From positions 1 through 64,000 of the forward strand of contig JAUCBJ010001214.1 in the NCBI GenBank assembly GCA_032718475.1: a stretch of 64,000 nt of DNA, given 5' to 3'. The translations under genes and the position numbers were made by a program. The DNA is from Nemertoderma westbladi. Taxonomy: Eukaryota; Animalia; Xenacoelomorpha. Positions 12,410-24,975 of this stretch are shown one piece after another. The notes beneath the pieces are model-generated. The model ran no database searches. It was not told the DNA's origin and saw only the letters and a list, made by a program, of their open reading frames with translations. The stretch's first letter is position 1. Every line of letters begins with the position of its first letter.

Positions 12410-15078
12410 TTGTCCTGTTGTACCCTTCTTTCCGTTTTTGTACTCTTTGACCTGTTGTACTCTTTGATCTGTTGTACTCTTTGACCTGTTGTACTCTTTG
12501 ACCTGTTGTACTCTTTGACCTGTTGTACTCTTTGACCTGTTGTACTATTTGACCTGTTGTACTATTTGACCTGTTGTACTCTTTGATCTGTTGTACTCTT
12601 TGACCTGTTGTACACTTTGAGCAGTTTTACTCTTTGTCCTGTTGTACTCTTTGACCTGTTGTACTCTTTGTCCTGTTGTACTATTTGTCCTGTTGTACTC
12701 TTTGATCTGTTGTACTCTTTGAGCAGTTTTACTCTTTGTCCTGTTGTACTCTTTGACTTGTTGTACTCTTTGTCCTGTTGTACTCTTTGACCTGTTGGAC
12801 TCTTTGACCTGTTGTATTCTTTGAGCAGTTGTACTCTTTGTGCTGTTGTACTCTTTGTCCTGTTGTACTCTTTGATCTGTTGTACTCTTTGAGCAGTTTT
12901 ACTCTCTGTCCTGTTGTACTCTTGACCTGTTGTACTCTTTGACCTGTTGTACTCTTTGATCTGTTGTACTCTTTGTCCTGTTGTACTATTTGTCCTGTTG
13001 TACTCTTTGATCTGTTGTACTCTTTGATCTGTTGTACTCTTTGTCCTGTTGTACTATTTGTCCTGTTGTACTCTTTGATCTGTTGTACTCTTTGTCCTGT
13101 TGTACTCTTTGTCCTGTTGTACTCTTTGACCTGTTGTACTCTTTGTCCTGTTGTACTCTTTGACCTGTTGGACTCTTTGGCCTGTTGTATTCTTTGAGCA
13201 GTTGTACTCTTTGTCCTGTTGTACTATTTGTCCTGTTGTACTCTTTGATCTGTTGTACTCTTTGAGCAGTTTTATTCTTTGTCCTGTTGTACTCTTTGAC
13301 CTGTTGTACTCTTTGACCTGTTGTACTCTTTGATCTGATGTACTCTTTGTCCTGTTGTACTATTTGTCCCGTTGTACTCTTTGATCTGTTGTACTCTTTG
13401 AGCAGTTTTACTCTTTGTCCTGTTGTATTCTTTGACCTGTTGTACTCTTTGTCCTGTTGTACTCTTTGACCTGTTGGACTCTTTGGCCTGTTGTATTCTT
13501 TGAGCAGTTGTACTCTTTGACCTGTTGTACTCTTTGTCCTGTTGTACTCTTTGTCCTGTTGTAATCTTTGATCTGTTGTACTCTTTGTCCTGTTGTACTC
13601 TTTGTCCTGTTGTTCTCTTTGTCCTGTTGTACTCTTTGATCTGTTGTACTCTTTGAGCAGTTTTACTCTTTGTCCTGTTGTACTCTTTGATCTGTTGTAC
13701 TCTTTGTCCTGTTGTACTCTTTGCCCTGTTGTACTCTTTGAGCCGTTTTACTCGTTGTCCTGTTGTACTCTTTGACCTGTTGTACTCTTTGTCCAGTTGT
13801 ACTATTTGTCCTGTTGTACTCTTTGATCTGTTGTACTCTTTGAGCAGTTTTACTCTTTGTCCTGGTGTACTCTTTGACCTGTTGTACTCTTTGTCCTGTT
13901 GTACTCTTTGACCTGTTGGACTCTTTGGCCTGTTGTATTCTTTGAGCAGTTGTACTCTTTGTCCTGTTGTTCTCTTTGTCCTGTTGTACTCTTTCATCTG
14001 TTGTACTCTTTGAGCAGTTTTACTCTTTGTCCTGTTGTACTCTTTGACCTGTTGTACTCTTTGTCCTGTTGTACTCTTTGACCTGTTGGACTCTTTGACC
14101 TGTTGTATTCTTTGAGCAGTTGTACTCTTTGTCCTGTTGTACTCTTTGTCCTGTTGTACTCTTTGTCCTGTTGTACTCTTTGATCAGTTTAATCTTTGTC
14201 CTGTTGTACTCTTTGACCTGTTGTACTCTTTGTCCTGTTGTACTCTTTGAACTGTTGGACTCTTTGGCCTGTTGTATTCTTTGAGCAGTTGTAGTCTTTG
14301 TCCTGTTGTTCTCTTTGTCCTGTTGTACTCTTTCATCTGTTGTACTCTTTGAGCAGTTTTACTCTTTGTCCTGTTGTACTCTTTGACCTGTTGTACTCTT
14401 TGTCCTGTTGTACTCTTTGACCTGTTGGACTCTTTGACCTGTTGTATTCTTTGAGCAGTTGTACTCTTTGTCCTGTTGTACTCTTTGTCCTGTTGTACTC
14501 TTTGTCCTGTTGTACTCTTTGAGCAGTTTAATCTTTGTCCTGTTGTACTCTTTGACCTGTTGTACTCTTTGTCCTGTTGTACTCTTTGACCTGATGGACT
14601 CTTTGACCTGTTGTATTCTTTGAGCAGTTGTACTCTTTGTCCTGTTGTACTCTTTCACCTGTTGTACTCTTTCACCTGTTGTACTCTTTGTCCTGTTGTA
14701 TTCTTTGACCTGTTGTACTCTTTGTCCTGTTGTACTCTTTGACCTGTTGGACTCTTTGACCTGTTATATTCTTTGAGCAGTTGTACTCTTTGTCCTGTTG
14801 TACTCTTTGATCTGTTATACTCTTTAACCTGTTGTACTCTTTCACCTGTTGTACTCTTTGACCTGTTGTACTCTTTGACCTGTTGTACTATTTGACCTGT
14901 TGTACTATTTGACCTGTTGTACTATTTGACCTGTTGTATTCTTTGAGCAGTTGGACTCTTTGACCTGTTGTACTCTTTCACCTGTTGTACTCTTTGACCT
15001 GTTGTACTCTTTGTCCTGTTCTATTCTTTGTCCAGTTGTATTCTTTGATATGTTGTACTCTTTCACCTGTTGTACTGT
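12410..15078. repeat. 17-bp satellite (CTGTTGTACTCTTTGAC), block 1
   Basis: Directly visible tandem array with variant units. Confidence 0.97.
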
Positions 15079-15125
15079 TGTACAGGATCAGTTAATTTAA
15101 TCCGTTATAATTCTCCAACCCCACA

Positions 15126-15791
15126 ATGGATCGCATCATCGACATTCTGGAAGCGAACACCCGATTCTGGGATGAGATCGAGAAACGGGAACATGGTCAC
15201 TTCATGTTGCGACCGACCCACGACCAGCTGCTCCGCCACCGATGGGATGCGGTAATGGTGGGACCTCTAGACGCCATCCTGCGGCCGCTGGTGGAACACA
15301 AGCACCGCGACTTGGACGTGATTGAGAAGGAAGTCGAGGACCTGATGGCTTCCCACTTCCCACATCTGGAGAACGCCGACGGTCGATTCCATTTGCACTT
15401 CGACGTCAAAGGATTCGAACCCAAAGATCTCAAAGTCCAGTTGCTAAACAACAGAAAGGTCACCGTCGAGGGAACCATGGAGAAGTCAGCTGAGAGTGAG
15501 GGGAAGCGAGACTTTGTTAAACGGCAATTCTTCCGGACGATATCCCTTCCGGAGAACGTCAAGGGAGAATCGATAAAGTGCTTCTTCTCCGAGGACGGGG
15601 TTCTATCGTTGGATGCGGAAAGGAGCGAAACTGAAACACTGAAACCAATCGAAACGGTAACCAACGAAACGGTAACCAATGGAGTAACCAACGAAACGGT
15701 AACCAATGCAGTAACCAACGAAACGGTAACCAACGGAGCAACCAATGGGACAATGACTGAAGATAAACTCGCTGCCATCAACAAACTATAA
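15126..15791 (+). CDS. Small heat shock protein (HSP20/alpha-crystallin domain), copy 1, with TVTN-repeat tail; C-terminus clipped by an RTE insertion
   Basis: Alpha-crystallin domain: FHLHFDVKGFEPKDLKVQL...VTVEG...RQFFRTISLPENVKGESIKCFFSEDGVLSLDA. Confidence 0.9.
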   Translation: MDRIIDILEANTRFWDEIEKREHGHFMLRPTHDQLLRHRWDAVMVGPLDAILRPLVEHKHRDLDVIEKEVEDLMASHFPHLENADGRFHLHFDVKGFEPKDLKVQLLNNRKVTVEGTMEKSAESEGKRDFVKRQFFRTISLPENVKGESIKCFFSEDGVLSLDAERSETETLKPIETVTNETVTNGVTNETVTNAVTNETVTNGATNGTMTEDKLAAINKL

Positions 15792-16191
15792 TCTCTGGAT
15801 GGCACATTCACAAGAATGCTACGCCGGGTTCATTGTGTCAAGTACAATTTACACATCTCCAACCAGACACTATATAACATTGGAGGTATCTCACTGGTTC
15901 CCCCAAGCTTGACACTAGAACAAAATCGCCTCCGCTTTGCAGGACATTGCTTTCGCCGTGAGGACCAGCCAGTGCATAATCTTGTACTTTGGCAGCCTCA
16001 TGGAGTGAATAAGCATGGGGGACAGCCCATGACTTTCTTGAGACGCATCTTAAAGGACACTGGCCTTGAAGATGCGGATGATCTAGCAAATGTCATGGGT
16101 GATAGGGAGTTGTGGCGGTGCAATTTTGTCGATAAGCCGGCACAGCATTCTTAAAAATGCAGCTGCAATGCAGCATGCCGATCCTAGTAGT
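15790..16191 (+). mobile_element. 5'-truncated RTE LINE 3' fragment
   Basis: Near-identical to 27607-28009, ends in a (TAG)n tail, and is flanked by the 11-bp TSD atcaacaaact (15777-15787 and 16192-16202). Confidence 0.92.
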
Positions 16192-16398
16192 ATCAACAAA
16201 CTCAAGGAAACCCCAATCAGTTCTGACGAGACCGCGTAGAAACTTTAGAGAACGACTTCGACCCAATTTAACATAAATTACTTTAGAATATATTCCATGT
16301 GTTGTGCTTCATTATTTAATTATTTCCACTTTCATTATATGTAACATGTATATGTAACAATTGCTAATAAATTAGTTGCAATGTATTAATTAATTAAT

Positions 16399-19300
16399 TA
16401 CTCTTTGACCTGTTGTACTATTTGACCTGTTGTACTATTTGACCTGTTGTATTCTTTGTCCTGTTGTACTCTTTCACCTGTTGTATTCTTTGTCCTGTTG
16501 TACTATTTGACCTGTTGTACTCTTTGACCTGTTGTACTCTTTGACCTGTTGTACTCTTTGTCCTGTTGTACTCTTTGACCTGTTGTACTCTTTGACCTGT
16601 TGTATTCTTTGACCTGTTGTACTATTTGACCTGTTGTATTCTTTGAGCAGTTGTACACTTTGATCTGTTGTACTCTTTGATCTGTTGTACTCTTTGACCT
16701 GTTGTACTCTTTGTCCTGTTGTACTCTTTGACCTGTTGTACTCTTTGTCCTGTTGTACTCTTTGATCTGGTGTACTCTTTGACCTGTTGTACTCTTTGAT
16801 CTGGTGTACTCTTTGACCTGTTGTACTCTTTGGCCTGTTGTACTCTTTGATCTGTTGTACTCTTTGTCCTGTTGTACTCTTTGACCTGTTGTACTCTTTG
16901 ACCTGTTGTACTCTTTGACCTGTTGTACTATTTGTCCTGTTGTACTCTTTGACCTGTTGTACTCTTTGATCTGTTGTACTCTTTGACCTGTTGTACACTT
17001 TGAGCAGTTTTACTCTTTGTCCTGTTGTACTCTTTGACCTGTTGTACTCTTTGTCCTGTTGTACTATTTGTCCTGTTGTACTCTTTGATCTGTTGTACTC
17101 TTTGAGCAGTTTTACTCTTTGTCCTGTTGTACTCTTTGACTTGTTGTACTCTTTGTCCTGTTGTACTCTTTGACCTGTTGGACTCTTTGACCTGTTGTAT
17201 TCTTTGAGCAGTTGTACTCTTTGTGCTGTTGTACTCTTTGTCCTGTTGTACTCTTTGATCTGTTGTACTCTTTGAGCAGTTTTACTCTCTGTCCTGTTGT
17301 ACTCTTGACCTGTTGTACTCTTTGACCTGTTGTACTCTTTGATCTGTTGTACTCTTTGTCCTTTTGTACTATTTGTCCTGTTGTACTCTTTGATCTGTTG
17401 TACTCTTTGATCTGTTGTACTCTTTGTCCTGTTGTACTATTTGTCCTGTTGTACTCTTTGATCTGTTGTACTCTTTGTCCTGTTGTACTCTTTGTCCTGT
17501 TGTACTCTTTGACCTGTTGTACTCTTTGTCCTGTTGTACTCTTTGACCTGTTGGACTCTTTGGCCTGTTGTATTCTTTGAGCAGTTGTACTCTTTGTCCT
17601 GTTGTACTATTTGTCCTGTTGTACTCTTTGATCTGTTTTACTCTTTGAGCAGTTTTATTCTTTGTCCTGTTGTACTCTTTGACCTGTTGTACTCTTTGAC
17701 CTGTTGTACTCTTTGATCTGATGTACTCTTTGTCCTGTTGTACTATTTGTCCCGTTGTACTCTTTGATCTGTTGTACTCTTTGAGCAGTTTTACTCTTTG
17801 TCCTGTTGTACTCTTTGACCTGTTGTACTCTTTGTCCTGTTGTACTCTTTGACCTGTTGGACTCTTTGGCCTGTTGTATTGTTTGAGCAGTTGTACTCTT
17901 TGACCTGTTGTACTCTTTGTCCTGTTGTACTCTTTGTCCTGTTGTACTCTTTGATCTGTTGTACTCTTTGTCCTGTTGTACTCTTTGTCCTGTTGTTCTC
18001 TTTGTCCTGTTGTACTCTTTGATCTGTTGTACTCTTTGAGCAGTTTTACTCTTTGTCCTGTTGTACTCTTTGATCTGTTGTACTCTTTGTCCTGTTGTAC
18101 TCTTTGCCCTGTTGTACTCTTTGAGCCGTTTTACTCGTTGTCCTGTTGTACTCTTTGACCTGTTGTACTCTTTGTCCTGTTGTACTATTTGTCCTGTTGT
18201 ACTCTTTGATCTGTTGTACTCTTTGAGCAGTTTTACTCTTTGTCCTGGTGTACTCTTTGACCTGTTGTACTCTTTGTCCTGTTGTACTCTTTGACCTGTT
18301 GGACTCTTTGGCCTGTTGTATTCTTTGAGCAGTTGTACTCTTTGTCCTGTTGTTCTCTTTGTCCTGTTGTACTCTTTCATCTGTTGTACTCTTTGAGCAG
18401 TTTTACTCTTTGTCCTGTTGTACTCTTTGACCTGTTGTACTCTTTGTCCTGTTGTACTCTTTGACCTGTTGGACTCTTTGACCTGTTGTATTCTTTGAGC
18501 AGTTGTACTCTTTGTCCTGTTGTACTCTTTGTCCTGTTGTACTCTTTGTCCTGTTGTACTCTTTGATCAGTTTAATCTTTGTCCTGTTGTACTCTTTGAC
18601 CTGTTGTACTCTTTGTCCTGTTGTACTCTTTGAACTGTTGGACTCTTTGGCCTGTTGTATTCTTTGAGCAGTTGTAGTCTTTGTCCTGTTGTTCTCTTTG
18701 TCCTGTTGTACTCTTTCATCTGTTGTACTCTTTGAGCAGTTTTACTCTTTGTCCTGTTGTACTCTTTGACCTGTTGTACTCTTTGTCCTGTTGTACTCTT
18801 TGACCTGTTGGACTCTTTGACCTGTTGTATTCTTTGAGCAGTTGTACTCTTTGTCCTGTTGTACTCTTTGTCCTGTTGTACTCTTTGTCCTGTTGTACTC
18901 TTTGAGCAGTTTAATCTTTGTCCTGTTGTACTCTTTGACCTGTTGTACTCTTTGTCCTGTTGTACTCTTTGACCTGTTGGACTCTTTCACCTGTTGTATT
19001 CTTTGTCCTGTTGTACTATTTGACCTGTTGTATTCTTTGAGCAGTTGTACACTTTGATCTGTTGTACTCTTTGATCTGTTGTACTCTTTGACCTGTTGTA
19101 CTCTTTGACCTGTTGTACTCTTTGACCTGTTGTACTCTTTGTCCTGTTGTACTCTTTGATCTGGTGTACTCTTTGACCTGTTGTACTCTTTGATCTGGTG
19201 TACTCTTTGACCTGTTGTACTCTTTGGCCTGTTGTACTCTTTGATCTGTTATACTCTTTAACCTGTTGTACTCTTTCACCTGTTGTACTCTTTGACCTGT

Positions 19301-19512
19301 TGTACTCTTTGACCTGTTGTACTATTTGACCTGTTGTACTATTTGACCTGTTGTACTATTTGACCTGTTGTATTCTTTGAGCAGTTGGACTCTTTGACCT
19401 GTTGTACTCTTTCACCTGTTGTACTCTTTGACCTGTTGTACTCTTTGTCCTGTTGTATTCTTTGTCCAGTTGTATTCTTTGATATGTTGTACTCTTTCAC
19501 CTGTTGTACTGT
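16399..19512. repeat. 17-bp satellite, block 2 (largely a duplicate of block 1)
   Basis: Same unit. The variant order repeats that of block 1 at an offset of ~4383 bp. Confidence 0.97.
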
Positions 19513-19559
19513 TGTACAGGATCAGTTAATTTAATCCGTTATAATTCTCCAACCCCACA

Positions 19560-20225
19560 ATGGATCGCATCATCGACGTTCTGGAAGCGAACACCCGATT
19601 CTGGGATGAGATCGAGAAACGGGAACATGGTCACTTCATGTTGCGACCGACCCACGACCAGCTACTCCGCCCCCGATGGGATGCGGTAATGGTGGGACCT
19701 CTAGACGCCATCCTGCGGCCGCTGGTGGAACACAAGCACCGCGACTTGGACGTGATTGAGAAGGAAGTCGAGGACCTGATGGCTTCCCACTTCCCACATC
19801 TGGAGAACGCCGACGGTCGATTCCATTTGCACTTCGATGTCAAAGGATTCGAACCCAAAGATCTCAAAGTCCAGTTGCTAAACAACGGAAAGGTCACCAT
19901 CGAGGGAACCATGGAGAAGTCAGCTGAGAGTGAGGGGAAGCGAGACTTTGTTAAACGGCAATTCTTCCGGACGATATCCCTTCCGGAGAACGTCAAGGGA
20001 GAATCGATAAAGTGCTTCTTCTCTGAGGACGGGGTTCTATCGTTGGATGCGGAAAGGAGCGAAACTGAAACACCGAAACCAATCGAAACGGTAACCAACG
20101 AAACGGTAACCAATGGAGTAACCAACGAAACGGTAACCAACGCAGTAACCAACGAAACGGTAACCAACGGAGCAACCAATGGGACAACGACTGAAGATAA
20201 ACTCGCTGCCATCAACAAACTATAA
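19560..20225 (+). CDS. Small heat shock protein copy 2
   Basis: 221-aa ORF differing from copy 1 at about ten nucleotide positions. Confidence 0.9.
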   Translation: MDRIIDVLEANTRFWDEIEKREHGHFMLRPTHDQLLRPRWDAVMVGPLDAILRPLVEHKHRDLDVIEKEVEDLMASHFPHLENADGRFHLHFDVKGFEPKDLKVQLLNNGKVTIEGTMEKSAESEGKRDFVKRQFFRTISLPENVKGESIKCFFSEDGVLSLDAERSETETPKPIETVTNETVTNGVTNETVTNAVTNETVTNGATNGTTTEDKLAAINKL

Positions 20226-20619
20226 TCTCTGGATGGCACATTCACAAAAATGCTACGCCGGGTTCATTGTGTCAAGTACAATTCACACATCTCCAACCAG
20301 ACACTATATAACATTGGAGGTGTCTCACTGGTTCCCCCAAGCTTAGAACAAAATCGCCTCCGCTTTGCAGGACATTGCTTTCGCCGTGAGGACCAGCCAG
20401 TGCATAATCTTGTACTTTGGCAGCCTCATGGAGTGAATAAGCATGGTGGACAGCCCATGACTTTCTTGAGACGCATCTTAAAGGACACTGGCCTTGAAGA
20501 TGCGGATGATCTAGCAAATGTCATGGGTGATAGGGAGTTGTGGCGGTGCAATTTTGTCGATAAGCCGGCACAGCATTCTTAAAAATGCAGCTGCAATGCA
20601 GCATGCCGATCCTAGTAGT
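20224..20619 (+). mobile_element. 5'-truncated RTE LINE 3' fragment (duplicated with the sHSP)
   Basis: Same junctions and TSD atcaacaaact (20211-20221, 20620-20630) as copy 1. Confidence 0.92.
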
Positions 20620-20826
20620 ATCAACAAACTCAAGGAAACCCCAATCAGTTCTGACGAGACCGCGTAGAAACTTTAGAGAACGACTTCGACCCAATTTAAC
20701 ATAAATTACTTTAGAATATATTCCATGTGTTGTGCTTCATTATTTAATTATTTCCACTTTCATTATATGTAATATGTATATGTAACAATTGCTAATAAAT
20801 TAGTTGCAATGTATTAATTAATTAAT

Positions 20827-23440
20827 TACTCTTTGACCTGTTGTACTATTTGACCTGTTGTACTATTTGACCTGTTGTATTCTTTGTCCTGTTGTACTCT
20901 TTCACCTGTTGTATTCTTTGTCCTGTTGTACTATTTGACCTGTTGTATTCTTTGAGCAGTTGTACTCTTTGATCTGTTGTACTCTTTGACCTGTTGTACT
21001 CTTTGACCTGTTGTACTCTTTGTCCTGTTGTACTCTTTGATCTGTTGTACTCTTTGACCTGTTGTACTCTTTGGCCTGTTGTACTCTTTGTCCTGTTGTA
21101 CTCTTTGAGCTGTTGTGCTCTTTGTCCTGTTGTACTCTTTGATCTGTTGGACTCTTTGTCCTGTTGTACTCTTTGACCTGTTGTACTCTTTGGCCTGTTG
21201 TATTCTTTGAGCAGTTGTACTCTTTGACCTGTTGTACTCTGGCCTGTTGTACTCTTTGTCCTGTTGTTCTCTTTGTCCTGTTGTACTCTTTGATCTGTTG
21301 TACTCTTTGACCTGTTGTACTCTTTGGCCTGTTGTACTCTTTGTCCTGTTGTACTCTTTGATCTGTTGTACTCTTTGAGCTGTTGTGCTCTTTGTCCTGT
21401 TGTACTCTTTGATCTGTTGGACTCTTTGTCCTGTTGTACTCTTTGATCTGTTGTACTCTTTGATCTGTTGTACTCTTTGTCCTGGTCCTGTTGTACTCTT
21501 TGATCTGTTGGACTCTTTGTCCTGTTGTACTCTTTGATCTGTTGTACTCTTTGACCTGTTGTGCTCTTTGTCCTGGTCCTGCTGTACTCTTTGATCTGTT
21601 GGACTCTTTGTCCTGTTGTACTCTTTGATCTGTTGTACTCTTTGTCCTGTTGTACTCTTTGATCTGTTGTACTCTTTGATCTGTTGTACTCTTTGATCTG
21701 TTGTACTCTTTGACCTGTTGTATTCTTTAACCTGTTGTATTCTTTGAGCAGTTGTACTCTTTGACCTGTTGTACTCTTTGACCTGTTGTACTCTTTGACC
21801 TGTTGTACACTTTGTCCTGTTGTACTCTTTGATCTGGTGTACTCTTTGACCTGTGGTACTATTTGACCTGTTGTACTCGTTGTCCTGTTGTACTCTTTGA
21901 TCTGCTCTACTCTTTGACCTGTTGTACTCTTTGACCTGTTGTACTCTTTGACCTGTTGTACTATTTGACCTGTTGTATCCTTTGAGCAGTTGTACTCTTT
22001 GACCTGTTGGACTCTTTGACCTGTTGTACTCTTTGACCTGTTGTACTCTTTGACCTGTTGTACTCTGACCTGTTGTACTCTTTGACCTGTTGTACTCTTT
22101 GACCTGTTGTACTCTTTGACCTGTTGTACTCTTTGACCTGTTGTACTCTGACCTGTTGTACTCTTTGACCTGTTGTACTCTGACCTGTTGCACTCTTTGA
22201 CCTGTTGTACTCTTTGACCTGTTGTACTCTTTGACCTGTTGTACTCTTTGACCTGTTGTACTCTTTGACCTGTTGTACTCTTTGACCTGTTGTACTCTTT
22301 GACCTGTTGTACTCTGACCAGTTGTACTCTTTAACCTGTTGTATTCTTTGAGCAGTTGTACTCTTTGACCTGTTGTACTCTTTGACCTGTTGTACTCTTT
22401 GACCTGTTGTACACTTTGTCCTGTTGTACTCTTTGATCTGGTGTACTCTTTGACCTGTGGTACTATTTGACCTGTTGTACTCGTTGTCCTGTTGTACTCT
22501 TTGATCTGCTCTACTCTTTGACCTGTTGTACTCTTTGACCTGTTGTACTCTTTGACCTGTTGTACTATTTGACCTGTTGTATCCTTTGAGCAGTTGTACT
22601 CTTTGACCTGTTGGACTCTTTGACCTGTTGTACTCTTTGACCTGTTGTACTCTTTGACCTGTTGTACTCTGACCTGTTGTACTCTTTGACCTGTTGTACT
22701 CTTTGACCTGTTGTACTCTTTGACCTGTTGTACTCTTTGACCTGTTGTACTCTGACCTGTTGTACTCTTTGACCTGTTGTACTCTGACCTGTTGCACTCT
22801 TTGACCTGTTGTACTCTTTGACCTGTTGTATTCTTTGACCTGTTGTACTCTTTGACCTGTTGTACTCTGACCTGTTGTACTCTTTGACCTGTTGTACTCT
22901 TTGACCTGTTGTACTCTTTGACCTGTTGTACTCTTTGACCTGTTGTACTCTTTGACCTGTTGTACTCTTTGACCTGTTGTACTCTGACCTGTTGTACTCT
23001 TTGACCTGTTGTACTCTTTGACCTGTTGTACTCTTTGACCTGTTGTACTCTTTGACCTGTTGTACTCTTTGACCTGTTGTACTCTGACCAGTTGTACTCT
23101 TTGACCTGTTGTACTCTTTGACCTGTTGTACTCTTTGACCTGTTGTACTCTTTGACCTGTTGTACTCTGACCTGTTGTACTCTTTGACCTGTTGTACTCT
23201 GACCTGTTGTACTCTTTGACCTGTTGTACTCTTTGACCTGTTGTACTCTTTGACCTATTGTACTCTCTGACCTATTGTACTCTTAGACCTGTTGTACTCT
23301 TTGACCTGTTGTACTCTTTGACCTGTTGTACTCTTTGACCTGTTGTACTCTTTGACCTGTCGTACTCTGACCTGTTGTACTCTTTGACCTGCTGTACTCT
23401 TTGACCTGTTGAACTCTTTGATTCGATGTTCCCATTGACT
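20827..23440. repeat. 17-bp satellite, block 3, with an internal ~604-bp duplication
   Basis: Tandem array. The variant pattern at ~21720-22320 recurs ~604 bp downstream. Confidence 0.95.
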
Positions 23441-24975
23441 CGGAATCCCTATGGCTGATCTACCCTTAACCCATAATATTTTAAATTACCTTAATAACGC
23501 AACAAATTTATTTTACAATAAATGGTCACATGGCATACTGTAGTCTAACATTAAGGGCTCCATCCTGTGGAGTGAACCTACAGATTACAATGTGTAATGG
23601 ATTACCCACTCGGAACTGGGTTCCCACCTTGACATTTTAGTTAAATCTATTGCGTTGAATTCACATCCCTCCAGAGGTCGTACGTTCGAACCCCACATGG
23701 GTGCTAGGGTAGTTTTCGTTTCAGCACGAAAATTATAAAGGTTGTAGTCAGGACGCATCTCTGCCTTGCATCCTTAAGTGGCACGTAAATGAGTACCGGA
23801 GTTTCCTCTGGGGAGTATAGTTCTGGGGGGACCGCACTGGAAATAAGTCGTCAGACTTTGTGCCTAACGGACGAAGAAAATTAACTATGATCTTCAATAC
23901 ATCTGAACTCAAGAGGTTTGGCAACAACAACACAGGCAATATTTTTGCGACGGTCTGGTCACTACACTCATCATTACAACAAACCGCTGGGTTGCATCAT
24001 TCATGCGGATTGCGTACAAGGTTGAAATGACTGCAATCTCTCTACGACTAACAGGTAAAGCCATGCTACGCAAATATAGGCCATGCCAGTTGATGTAGGC
24101 CTACTACTGTGTAGCACATGGCTACAGACTACAGTAATTATATACCAGTACCGCACTACATGTAGTGTCGTGTTGCTTGACTTAATACAGTAATACTGTA
24201 ATCAGACTACTTTATTATTAAACGACACTAAGCATGTTGGTAGTAACTCATAACTGATTAGTTTTACATTGCTACATCGCAGCGGGATACCCAACAATTG
24301 GCACTGCGATGGAAAATATTGAACACATACATGCGGTTACACAAGCAGACGTCGCCTCTACATCCTACATGTACCTGTTCAAATTCAAAATTCAACTTAC
24401 ACTATACAAACTATGGCAGTTTCTACAAAGTATGCCGAATTATTCAAGCCTTTTAAAATGTCTACAGACAAAATGGCCAGTTTATAAAACCATGCTAGCG
24501 GTAATAATTGATTCGACAACTTTCAATAATGACGCAAATTTAGAAGCTGAAAAGCGTAAATTATTCCTTGCGAATTGTGGCACAGACCTACTCGAAATTG
24601 CTATGGATCTAATCTACCCTTCAGACATACTTACAGCAAATTACACAGACATTATTACAGCAGTGGATACATACTTCAATCACAAAATAAACAAAGAAGC
24701 GGAAATACGAAAATTCATCAGATTGAGCAGAAATAACATGAAAGCATTGTCGAATTTTCTAAATCAATCAAAGCAGCTTCACGTTATTGTGAAGTTGGAG
24801 CTAACCATGATGGTAGACTAATTTTTAGCAGGGGTCAAGGATGAATAAATAGCCACAGAGTTAATGAGACAGAAACCAGACACTTTTATTGCAGCTGTTG
24901 ACATATCAAAACACTATGGAGATTGAAGAGGCTCGAGAAAATGCAAAGCGTGAGGTGAATGGTATATCAATAGAG

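Noticed and set aside
16221-16252. CTGACGA...GAAAC hammerhead-like string (also ~20650)
   Set aside because: Stem II does not form, and the sequence is the displaced sHSP C-terminal coding region.
5692-23440. Many repetitive ORFs (KEYNRSKSTTGQRVQQ, VDYFEVWTISKCG, QRVKGNKT, up to 420 aa)
   Set aside because: They are translations of 17-bp satellites, appear in several frames and strands, and have no unique coding context.
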